DNA of 64,000 nucleotides from a virus (Duplodnaviria > Caudoviricetes): the IMG/VR virus record IMGVR_UViG_3300021375_000006; one strand, 5' to 3'. The position numbers and the translations under genes are program-made. Below, in pieces: positions 36,969 through 44,452 of the stretch (positions within the stretch are counted from its first letter, which is position 1; each line of letters opens with the position of its first letter). Below the pieces are notes generated by a model that worked only from the letters and a program-made list of their open reading frames with translations, was not told the DNA's origin and searched no databases.

Positions 36969-37369
36969 TATTTAATTCTTTTTCTGAGATTAGTACTCGA
37001 CCAATTATGCAGTCGGCTATTATATATCAGCTTTATGCCCTTTGTTTCACAAATGTCTTTGGCAGTAAAATAACTTTCTCTGTATTCTTCACCAATAATT
37101 CTAACATCTATATTAAATGATAAGAAAATATCTTCTAGATCTGCCTCTGTAGCATAGGGTATTATTTGATCTACATACTTACACGCATCTAATTGAATCC
37201 ATCTTTCTACAATAGATTGTATTGGCTTATTTTTCTCTGGTCGATCAATAGTCGGATCTGTTTGTAACGCGCAGATTAAGAAGTCACAGTGTTGCTTTGC
37301 ATCTTCTAACATCTTAATATGACCTGCGTGCAGTAGGTCAAAACTGGAACATGTAATTCCTATTTTCAT
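36968..37369 (-). CDS. Glycerol-3-phosphate cytidylyltransferase-like (TagD family)
   Basis: TCSSFDLLHAGH, LQTDPTIDRPEKNKP.QS..ER, WSST. Confidence 0.9.
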   Translation of the reverse strand: MKIGITCSSFDLLHAGHIKMLEDAKQHCDFLICALQTDPTIDRPEKNKPIQSIVERWIQLDACKYVDQIIPYATEADLEDIFLSFNIDVRIIGEEYRESYFTAKDICETKGIKLIYNSRLHNWSSTNLRKRIK

Positions 37370-37397
37370 CTATTAGCTCTTTGATTTTCTGTTAACT

Positions 37398-38126
37398 TCA
37401 TTCTGGTAATCTATCTTTGCCAACCCTCTGTGGAGTATGTGTACTTACTCTTGATGGAGATCCGTCTTGATTAAACCAATCATCATGTGTTGCGATAGCA
37501 TTTATAGTTTTAACAGGAAATAGTTCGTTTATATCTGGCCTAGGGTGTTGCATATAAGTTGCCATGATAAACTCATCATTAGGAAATAAATTATCTTCTA
37601 GTTTATAGTCAACTAATTTTTGAGCACCTAATTTTGTTAGGACGTATGATTGCATATTATAGTGTAACGATGGTATACACCATGTATCATCTAATTTAAT
37701 ATCATTATCATAATCAAAAACCCATCTTCCTAAAGTACAATAATCCCACGAAAATGGCCAATTAGGATTAGGTTCTGGTAATTCGCTTAAAGTTTTAATA
37801 GGCCAAAAGTCTTCTTCTAGAACTAAACATCTTTCTTCTTTACCCATTGCAATGGCGTTCCAAGCATTAATATGGCTTAATGCACATCCTATTTCTCCTG
37901 GTTGTGGTGGTAATTTCCAATGTGGATTATCAGTTTTTTCACCTAATCCAAATTTATCCCAAACAGTAACTCCTTCTGGAATAGGTTGCGTCCAGCCATT
38001 ATGGCCTGATAAAATCTCGCATTCGATTCTACTTTCAAAGCCACATTTATCTAGTTTAGACTGTATTTTATCTACCTTTGGTTGATCTATGCCTAAGGCT
38101 AAAATATAAACCTTATCAATTCTCAT
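37398..38126 (-). CDS. Glycosyltransferase family 25
   Basis: GEIGCALSH, LVLEED, SYVLTKLGAQKL, PNDEF. Confidence 0.85.
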   Translation of the reverse strand: MRIDKVYILALGIDQPKVDKIQSKLDKCGFESRIECEILSGHNGWTQPIPEGVTVWDKFGLGEKTDNPHWKLPPQPGEIGCALSHINAWNAIAMGKEERCLVLEEDFWPIKTLSELPEPNPNWPFSWDYCTLGRWVFDYDNDIKLDDTWCIPSLHYNMQSYVLTKLGAQKLVDYKLEDNLFPNDEFIMATYMQHPRPDINELFPVKTINAIATHDDWFNQDGSPSRVSTHTPQRVGKDRLPE

Positions 38127-38129
38127 TTA

Positions 38130-38660
38130 TTACTTGTCTATTTTTTTGGTTTCATCAGGTATTACTTCACCACCTACTGCCTTTGGATCTTGCATCCAAG
38201 CAATATATTGGTCAATCATTCTTGATAGAGCTTCTGGTTTTTCATCTTTCTTAAATTTTACTTTAATAGATGACATACCCCCTTCGCCCTGTTTATGAAT
38301 ACAAGGTGCTCCGTGATCTACTTTAATAGATGCTATATTATGTTCGTAATTCTTTTTTCTAAATAGACCTAATAGATCTTTTTTAATATCAGATACTTCT
38401 TTTGGATCGTCGCCAAATTGTAGTCTTGCAGAAAAGTCAATCTCTAATTCTGATAGCCCAATAGAGCCGTGGTCTGCAAGAATAAAGAGTGGTACAACCA
38501 TCTCTTTTTCACCAACTTTAAATGTTTTAGTGATAGGGCTTCCATCGTCGTTAAAGTAGTTACGAATTGCATTGATGTGTTGCCTCTCAGATATACCCTG
38601 AGCAACCATTGCTGCTTCTAATAGCCCACCAATTAATTCTTCGACATTTAGTCTTGCCAT
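38130..38660 (-). CDS. DUF2589-family protein
   Basis: LIGGLLEAA..AQ; VPLF.L.....IGLSELEIDF; IKVKFK..EKPE.L.R. Confidence 0.7.
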   Translation of the reverse strand: MARLNVEELIGGLLEAAMVAQGISERQHINAIRNYFNDDGSPITKTFKVGEKEMVVPLFILADHGSIGLSELEIDFSARLQFGDDPKEVSDIKKDLLGLFRKKNYEHNIASIKVDHGAPCIHKQGEGGMSSIKVKFKKDEKPEALSRMIDQYIAWMQDPKAVGGEVIPDETKKIDK

Positions 38661-38742
38661 GTTTATCTAACTTAAATTATTAATTATACCTTAATTATCC
38701 AAAATGTTTCATTGATAAATATAACAACTAATATTAATTTCC

Positions 38743-39549
38743 ATGGACAAAAAAGTGAGTTTTATTTGTACATCATATCGTAGATATAGATGTGTACAAA
38801 GAATTATTAAACAGTATCTACTACAAGACTATCCCAATAAAGAATTAGTCATATTAAATACCGACCCTGAATATTTATTCACCTTAGATTCTAGCCTAAA
38901 AGATAAAAACATCATAGTGGTTAATAATCATGTTGATTATGCAAAAGGTGAATTTTATACAAACAGGGGTGATATTTGTAGAGATGCAGTCGATCATGCA
39001 ACTGGTGATTATTTCATGCTAGCAGACGATGATGATATTTACTTGCCATGGCATATTCGACAAGCTGTAGATGGTATCAATAGAAATGGATTAGATTCAT
39101 GGAAACCTGAAAGAAGCTTTTTTAAAAGAAGTGACAATAGTTTAGAAACTGCTAGGAATACTATGGAAGCTTCTATAATAGTTAAAATGCAACGTATTAG
39201 ACATATTGGTTTTAGATCAGATGCAACTGGATATGAAGGTCTTAGCTGGTATACACAACTTAGAGGTGAAGGTCAGTTAAATGAGCATGAAAAATATTAC
39301 ATTCCATCGTATTGTTTTAACTGGGGAGCTGATCCATTTGCTGGACATAAACAATCTGGTGATATTGATAATCCTAATAACTTTGAGAATCATAAAAGAA
39401 ACTCTACAGATATTTCAAGTGAGCCTTTAACTCCTTGTACAGATGTTATTGTAAATGAATTATACAGTGATCTTTACGATTATTTAAAAAAACATCAAGA
39501 CCAGTACGACCCAGAACTTTGGCAAAAATACGTTGCCAAATACATTTAA
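38743..39549 (+). CDS. Glycosyltransferase family 2
   Basis: SFICTSYRR, QDYPNKELVI, ATGDYFMLADDDDIYLPWHI. Confidence 0.88.
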   Translation: MDKKVSFICTSYRRYRCVQRIIKQYLLQDYPNKELVILNTDPEYLFTLDSSLKDKNIIVVNNHVDYAKGEFYTNRGDICRDAVDHATGDYFMLADDDDIYLPWHIRQAVDGINRNGLDSWKPERSFFKRSDNSLETARNTMEASIIVKMQRIRHIGFRSDATGYEGLSWYTQLRGEGQLNEHEKYYIPSYCFNWGADPFAGHKQSGDIDNPNNFENHKRNSTDISSEPLTPCTDVIVNELYSDLYDYLKKHQDQYDPELWQKYVAKYI

Positions 39550-39551
39550 CT

Positions 39552-39576
39552 AAAAAAGCCATCCGAAGATGGCTTT
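39552..39576. terminator. Terminator between convergent genes
   Basis: AAAAAAGCCATC-CGAA-GATGGCTTT. Confidence 0.8.
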
Positions 39577-39607
39577 AATACTTTTGTATAAACTTAGTTC
39601 TTACTGC

Positions 39608-40195
39608 TTATTCGCCGCCTTTGTCTTTTGGTGGAGTAACACTTGGGTCAATCATACCGATTAACGCATCAGATAATTTTAACATACCTTCAGTTGGAGG
39701 TAGTTGCTCAGCGTGTACGTTTACTGTGTACTTTGCAGAGTTATCTGTTTTTCTAGTGTTCTCTTTATGAGTTGCTACTTTACCAGACATTGATGCTGAA
39801 TATTTCATACCGAACCAACCACCTGATGCAGAAACAGAAACGTCAGTCTCAGTATCTGTAGATGAAGTTGTTTGGTTTGAAGTTTGTACTTCCATGTCGA
39901 AAGTAATGTCAGCAGTTTTAACAGCTAAAGCAGGTAGTGGAACTAATGGTAACATTGGTACTTTTGCGTAATGTGTAACCCATGATTGCTCACCTGAGTT
40001 AGGGTCGGTCATCACTTTGTTAATTTCAATATCAAGTTCTCTTGTCTTTCCTTTACCCTGAAAAGCAACGTCCTTAATATATCTCCAAGTTACCTCGTTT
40101 AGTTTTGCTTGTCCTTTCGCCATACCGACTAGAGGAGAAACGATTAGGTCTTCGATTGGAAGTCCTTTAAATTGATCTGCTATTGCGTTTGCCAT
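39608..40195 (-). CDS. DUF2589-family protein
   Basis: QFKGLPIEDLIVSPL..MA.GQ.KL; VPMLPLVPLP.L.V....I.F.MEV; EQLPPTEG. Confidence 0.8.
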   Translation of the reverse strand: MANAIADQFKGLPIEDLIVSPLVGMAKGQAKLNEVTWRYIKDVAFQGKGKTRELDIEINKVMTDPNSGEQSWVTHYAKVPMLPLVPLPALAVKTADITFDMEVQTSNQTTSSTDTETDVSVSASGGWFGMKYSASMSGKVATHKENTRKTDNSAKYTVNVHAEQLPPTEGMLKLSDALIGMIDPSVTPPKDKGGE

Positions 40196-40264
40196 GTTTT
40201 AAAAATTTAGTTTGATTAAGTTATACATAGTATATATCAGGCATAATATTAAAATATATTACAC

Positions 40265-40489
40265 TTATATTAACTTGTTCTTGTGGTCACCGAACGTTGC
40301 AATGTCCTTATATTCTGCTTTAATATCTTCTATATTTCTGAAGGCTGCAGATACTTGCAGCTTCACATCTTCTGGTACATCGAACTTCATTACAGCTCTA
40401 CAGTGTGGACATTGAGCAACTGGATGTTGCATTAAAAACAGTAGGTCTACTCCTAACTGTTGTTTGCAAGATGGGCATGGCATCGGCAT
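40265..40489 (-). CDS. Zinc-ribbon protein associated with DUF2589 gene
   Basis: MPCPSC...QCPHC. Confidence 0.7.
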   Translation of the reverse strand: MPMPCPSCKQQLGVDLLFLMQHPVAQCPHCRAVMKFDVPEDVKLQVSAAFRNIEDIKAEYKDIATFGDHKNKLI

Positions 40490-40502
40490 TATCCTAGTAG
40501 TT

Positions 40503-40643
40503 TCATGTTGTTTTTATTATATAATCCTGCTTATCTTCAGCTTCCCACCACTCATCTAAATGCTTATCGAAGTGCCATCTGTAATCTAAGCCTGTACAGA
40601 ACTCTTCTTCACACCTACTACATTTAATAATGGGTTTGCACAT
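40503..40643 (-). CDS. Canonical C2H2 zinc-finger microprotein (46 aa, missed by track)
   Basis: MCKPIIKCSRCEEEFCTGLDYRWHFDKHLDEWW...: C-x2-C-x3-F-x5-Y-x2-H-x3-H. Confidence 0.7.
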   Translation of the reverse strand: MCKPIIKCSRCEEEFCTGLDYRWHFDKHLDEWWEAEDKQDYIIKTT

Positions 40644-40795
40644 TATATTCCTTGTACGATTGCATTGTAGATTAACAATCCAACAACCATAGCAATAACT
40701 GCTATCATAGAAATACCTGCTAAGGTCTCATTGGTTTCTACTTGTTTTCTTGATCTACCTTGCCAATCGTTTGGGTTCCAATTTTTATCTTCCAT
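40643..40795 (-). CDS. Single-TM microprotein (50 aa)
   Basis: MEDKNWNPNDWQGRSRKQVE...C-terminal TM; TAATG coupling. Confidence 0.6.
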   Translation of the reverse strand: MEDKNWNPNDWQGRSRKQVETNETLAGISMIAVIAMVVGLLIYNAIVQGI

Positions 40796-40799
40796 AATT

Positions 40800-40967
40800 T
40801 TAAAATTCGTCTATTTCAGAGAGTAACCAGATAACTAAATATGCGTAAATGGCTCCTGGAATGAATAACATCAGAATTCTAACTAGTAGAACGTCTATGT
40901 TGAAGTAGTGTGCAAGTCCTGCACAAACTCCTCCAATCCATCCGGGTTTCCTATAGAACTTATTCAT
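40800..40967 (-). CDS. PspC-domain protein (55 aa, missed by track)
   Basis: MNKFYRKPGWIGGVCAGLAHYFNIDVLLVRIL...AYLVIWLL, the PspC consensus. Confidence 0.85.
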   Translation of the reverse strand: MNKFYRKPGWIGGVCAGLAHYFNIDVLLVRILMLFIPGAIYAYLVIWLLSEIDEF

Positions 40968-40979
40968 ATATTATTATAG

Positions 40980-41105
40980 TTAACTTGAGTATTTTGTTTC
41001 TGGGCAACAGTCTACGCGATTGCATTTTTGACATTTCCAATAACTATCTCCCTGTGATGTCATAACCTGCATTGGTATTTCACATTTCTTACAATACTTA
41101 TCCAT
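40980..41105 (-). CDS. Zinc-ribbon microprotein (41 aa)
   Basis: YCKKC...WKCQKC. Confidence 0.55.
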   Translation of the reverse strand: MDKYCKKCEIPMQVMTSQGDSYWKCQKCNRVDCCPETKYSS

Positions 41106-41112
41106 TAAGTAT

Positions 41113-41664
41113 TTATCGGCCTAATTCTTTGTTAGTATGAGGAAAGCTTAAATTAGTAAAATTTAACTCTGGTAAAAAGTTTTTTATATCCTCTCCTGTA
41201 TTTTTTTCTATATCGAATATTAATAGCCTTTTAGCTCTATCTCCAACAAAATATTCTCTAACTAGCCGATCATGATATAACCATTCAGATTTCCAGTAGT
41301 TAACTTGATCTATATCTTGATTAAGAATATGTTCAAACTCAGCTTCGTATGCATATTTAATTGTGCTATATAATTTTAACCTACTAATAACCCAATCTTT
41401 TATTGGTCTAATATTATAGATAAATTTTGCATCTGGGTATTGTTCTGCAAATAGTTGAAAATGTCTCTGTATAAAACCAACGTCAGTCCATGCTACAATA
41501 TCATCATAAGGCTCACATAGTGGTTTACCTAATCTATGATTTTCAATAAAATGTCTTTCCCATTTCTTATGGTCCCAATGTACGGCATTATGTCCATTCT
41601 GATTAAAAAAATTACAGATAGAAAGAGTTCCACATCTATTAAAACCTATTTGAAATACTTTCAT
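41113..41664 (-). CDS. Sulfotransferase-like P-loop protein
   Basis: KVFQIGFNRCGTLS, YPDAKFI.N.R....W..S, RLLIFDI. Confidence 0.8.
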   Translation of the reverse strand: MKVFQIGFNRCGTLSICNFFNQNGHNAVHWDHKKWERHFIENHRLGKPLCEPYDDIVAWTDVGFIQRHFQLFAEQYPDAKFIYNIRPIKDWVISRLKLYSTIKYAYEAEFEHILNQDIDQVNYWKSEWLYHDRLVREYFVGDRAKRLLIFDIEKNTGEDIKNFLPELNFTNLSFPHTNKELGR

Positions 41665-41670
41665 AATTAT

Positions 41671-42060
41671 TTAAGCATTTATCGTCCTCAAATGTTTATA
41701 CCATTTAATTAGATGTGAAGCTGTCTTATAGTTAGTGGCTAGTGGTATATTGTGAACATCACAAAGTCTCATCAACATAGAAATATCTACATCGTGGGCA
41801 TGTTTACCTAGTGGATCTCTCATAAAAATAACCAGATCGATTTCACCTCTGGTTACCATTGCTGCAATTTCTGCATCACCACCTAGTGGTCCACTCTGTA
41901 CTGGTTCTACTTTCTTAATACCAGCTCTTTTACAATGAGAGCCAGTTGTACCCGTGGCTACAATGTGAATATCTTCCTCATTAAAAAAGGTTAACCTCTT
42001 TGATACAAAAGCAACCATATCTGCTTTCTTGTTGTCATGTGCTATTAAAGCGATTTTCAT
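41671..42060 (-). CDS. mgsA: Methylglyoxal synthase
   Basis: IALIAHD.KK, ATGTTG, SGPLGGD, RDP, HDVDI..L.RLCDVHNIPLATN. Confidence 0.95.
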   Translation of the reverse strand: MKIALIAHDNKKADMVAFVSKRLTFFNEEDIHIVATGTTGSHCKRAGIKKVEPVQSGPLGGDAEIAAMVTRGEIDLVIFMRDPLGKHAHDVDISMLMRLCDVHNIPLATNYKTASHLIKWYKHLRTINA

Positions 42061-42075
42061 AAATATCTATTTTAG

Positions 42076-42150
42076 TCGGGGTGGCAGGATTCGAACCTGC
42101 GGCCTCCACGTCCCAAACGTGGCGCGATAACCGGGCTACGCTACACCCCG
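42076..42150 (-). tRNA. tRNA-Pro(TGG), no encoded CCA
   Basis: CGGGGTG/CACCCCG; CCACG-TT TGG GA-CGTGG. Confidence 0.95.
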
Positions 42151-42552
42151 TTCGTGTAACTCTTTTTTCTTTTGAGGAAGATCTCCCTCTTCGATTTGCC
42201 TTAATAAATAAAGAGAATTGCTAGTTCTAAATAACCAGTAATTCTCTCTTGATTCTATAATTTCTTGAACTGCGGTGGTCTGCCATGTAAAAAAAGGATT
42301 GAATGGCGACATTAGAAGACTTAACCCCTCTTTTGGTAATTTATGTCTTTTTTTATACGTACGATCCTCATTAAACTCTAACCAAGTAACCTTTGCTGAT
42401 ATTTTTTGAAAGCCAGGTTCTTCTGGTTTTGTTAATATCCATTTAGGTTCACCTTCAGTCAGGCCAATTAACTCAGCCTGATCTCGATCAATTTTAAATT
42501 TACCATCTTCATCATAACCTAAGATGAGTTTGGGTTGACGTCCGCCTATCAT
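42136..42552 (-). CDS. Hypothetical protein, stop codon inside tRNA-Pro
   Basis: SLLMSPFNPFFTWQTT...FRTSNSLY; last 15 nt overlap the tRNA. Confidence 0.65.
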   Translation of the reverse strand: MIGGRQPKLILGYDEDGKFKIDRDQAELIGLTEGEPKWILTKPEEPGFQKISAKVTWLEFNEDRTYKKRHKLPKEGLSLLMSPFNPFFTWQTTAVQEIIESRENYWLFRTSNSLYLLRQIEEGDLPQKKKELHERGVA

Positions 42553-42613
42553 GTCTTCATTACTTTATGTAATATTTATGTGTTATAGATAAAATCTGTG
42601 AATAGTTTCACGG

Positions 42614-42690
42614 TAGTCAAGGAGAGACTTGAACTCTCATGTAACCAATTACTCTTTCAACAAGGTATAAGCTTGAGGAGATACTTGACT
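42614..42690 (-). ncRNA. D-armless tRNA-like RNA with UAU anticodon-type loop
   Basis: AGTCAAG/CTTGACT acceptor; GAGAG-TTCAAGT-CTCTC T arm; CAAG-CTTATAC-CTTG; GTAA-TTGG-TTAC; no D arm. Confidence 0.7.
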
Positions 42691-42695
42691 ATGTG

Positions 42696-42769
42696 CGGTC
42701 TGGACGGGATTCGAACCCGCGACCCCATGCGTGACAGGCATGTATTCTAACCAGCTGAACTACCAGACC
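42696..42769 (-). tRNA. tRNA-Asp(GTC), no encoded CCA
   Basis: GGTCTGG/CCAGACC; CATGC-CT GTC AC-GCATG. Confidence 0.95.
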
Positions 42770-42789
42770 ATAATAATATGTTTACTCCA

Positions 42790-42857
42790 CTTGGACTCTC
42801 CTTTCGGTTGTAGGCGTGAGATTTGACGCCTCGTTGTTCGGCTTTCGCCTATCCAAG
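42790..42857 (-). ncRNA. 68-nt four-way-junction RNA between tRNAs
   Basis: CTTGGA/TCCAAG closing; GGC-GAAA-GCC; AGGCGT/ACGCCT; CC-GAAA-GG. Confidence 0.6.
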
Positions 42858-42860
42858 AGC

Positions 42861-42976
42861 GGGGGAGTAGGGGATTCGAACCCCTACTTCTGCCTAACCA
42901 ACTTAATCACATCGCGTAACTAGTATGATGCTTTCAGTCTTAAGGTTGGAGCGTCGTACCGTTTGACTAACTCCCC
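42861..42976 (-). ncRNA. 116-nt tRNA-like RNA with expanded anticodon arm (possible intron-containing tRNA)
   Basis: GGGGAGT/ACTCCCC; D arm GTC-AAACGGTAC-GAC; T arm AGGGG-TTCGAAT-CCCCT; oversized central region with CCAAC/GTTGG and CATC/GATG. Confidence 0.7.
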
Positions 42977-42984
42977 ATATTTAG

Positions 42985-43058
42985 TGAACCAGACAGGATT
43001 CGAACCTGTGACCGTCTGCTTAGAAGGCAGATGCTCTATCCAGCTGAGCTACTGGTCC
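42985..43058 (-). tRNA. tRNA-Arg(TCT), no encoded CCA
   Basis: GGACCAG/CTGGTTC; TCTGC-CT TCT AA-GCAGA. Confidence 0.95.
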
Positions 43059-43063
43059 ATAAG

Positions 43064-43154
43064 AAAGAGAGGCTTCGGGTCTTTCGGGGTTACTACTATA
43101 TAGAAGCTAACCCTTGCTTTTATCCATATAAGTGTAGCTTCACTACCTCTCTTT
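43064..43154 (-). ncRNA. 91-nt structured inter-tRNA RNA, possible pseudoknot
   Basis: AAAGAGAGG/CCTCTCTTT closing; GAAGCTA/TAGCTTC; GGGTT complementary to AACCC. Confidence 0.55.
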
Positions 43155-43157
43155 TAG

Positions 43158-43243
43158 TACCGCTGGGCGGGCTCGAACCGCCACGGACATTACTGTCCAA
43201 GGGATTTTAAGTCCCTCGTGTCTACCAATTCCACCACAGCGGC
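43158..43243 (-). tRNA. tRNA-Leu(TAA), no encoded CCA
   Basis: GCCGCTG/CAGCGGT; AGGGA-CT TAA AA-TCCCT; long variable arm. Confidence 0.95.
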
Positions 43244-43262
43244 ATTTGGTACTAAATCTAGA

Positions 43263-43273
43263 TGTCAAAGAGC
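43263..43273 (-). promoter_or_regulatory. boxA-like antitermination site
   Basis: GCTCTTTGACA between promoter copy 3 and first tRNA. Confidence 0.65.
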
Positions 43274-43284
43274 TTTGTTGCTAA

Positions 43285-43344
43285 TTACAGTACTAATATA
43301 CGAAAAATAATTGACAACTAAAAATCTGGGGGCAATTAATTTGT
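43285..43344 (-). promoter_or_regulatory. Early-type promoter motif, copy 3 (tRNA array)
   Basis: Same motif as 18320. Confidence 0.75.
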
Positions 43345-43349
43345 TAAAA

Positions 43350-44390
43350 TTATGAAATTAAGTGTGGTTTGGCTTCTGCTAGTCCTGCGTTTGTAACTAC
43401 ATTATATTCTGCTCGATTAAAATATTCAAGTAGATCATTAGCTCCAGCGTATGAGAATGCTGATTTGATTCCATCGGTTAGTCCATTGATAATAAACCTA
43501 GCGCCACCTTTAAATGGAATTGTAGTAGACTCGCCTTCAACATTACGTTGCTTTTGAGCGTGTGTAATTTTAGTCTCTAAAGATGCAGAACCACGATAAC
43601 GTTTGAAAAGACCTGCTGGAGTTTCAAGAATGGCTCCTGGCGACTCCTTTGTACCTGCTAATAGTGAACCAACCATTACACAATCGGCACCCACTGCGAG
43701 CGCTTTTGCAATGTCTCCGGATGATTTAATACCACCGTCTGCCATGATGGGAATTCCAGCAGAATCTGCAACTTTAAATACATCTTCAATTGAGGTTACA
43801 TTAGGTACACCGAAACCGGTCTTAATACGAGTGGTACAAAGAGAACCTCCCCCAATACCAACTCGTAGACCATCAGCTCCCCAAGCAATCAGATCTTCTG
43901 CTGCTTCTGCCGTTGCGATATTACCGGCAATAACATCTGTAAACTCTTCCAGATTTGCCTTCAATTCAGCTAGAGCGACTTCCATATTGCCATGGTGGCC
44001 ATGCGCAACATCAACGAGTATGATATTACAACCTGCTTCTTCAAGTGCGACAGCGCGGTCCAGGTAGTCTCCTACGACGCCCACTGCTGCCATGATAGGT
44101 AGATGTGAAAGTACAATATCACTGTCTCTAAAAGCTACTAGTTTTTTAACCTGTGCTACTTGCTCTTCGATAGACATAAACCTATGAATACAGCCAACTC
44201 CACCCATTTCCATCAGTGTTGCTGCCATTTCATACTCAGTTACTGTGTCCATACATGAACCTACAATTGGAATATCAATTGACCAGTTTCTACTAACATT
44301 AACTGCTAGTGAGATATTCTGGCGTGTTGGGATGTCAGAAAAGTTAGGGATGAGTTGAATATCATCGTACGTTAGTGCTTGCTTTCGCAT
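43350..44390 (-). CDS. IMP dehydrogenase / GMP reductase (no CBS domains)
   Basis: LTYDDIQLIP, MDTVTE, DVAHGH, RVGIGGGSLCTTR, MADGGI, YRGSAS, VEG. Confidence 0.92.
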   Translation of the reverse strand: MRKQALTYDDIQLIPNFSDIPTRQNISLAVNVSRNWSIDIPIVGSCMDTVTEYEMAATLMEMGGVGCIHRFMSIEEQVAQVKKLVAFRDSDIVLSHLPIMAAVGVVGDYLDRAVALEEAGCNIILVDVAHGHHGNMEVALAELKANLEEFTDVIAGNIATAEAAEDLIAWGADGLRVGIGGGSLCTTRIKTGFGVPNVTSIEDVFKVADSAGIPIMADGGIKSSGDIAKALAVGADCVMVGSLLAGTKESPGAILETPAGLFKRYRGSASLETKITHAQKQRNVEGESTTIPFKGGARFIINGLTDGIKSAFSYAGANDLLEYFNRAEYNVVTNAGLAEAKPHLIS

Positions 44391-44452
44391 TTTGTTTTTA
44401 ATTTAAAAGGTAAGAATTTGATAGTTATACTATGATTATCTGTGTTTGTTTC

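Noticed and set aside
24043-42792. 14-nt match TGTTTACTCCACTT between the terminator at 24029 and the tRNA spacer at 42779
   Set aside because: Matches this short are expected by chance in 64 kb of AT-rich sequence, and the contexts differ
42861-42976. tmRNA or tRNA-His
   Set aside because: No G3:U70 pair, it has a real D arm and is too short for tmRNA; the base at -1 is T, not the G expected for His
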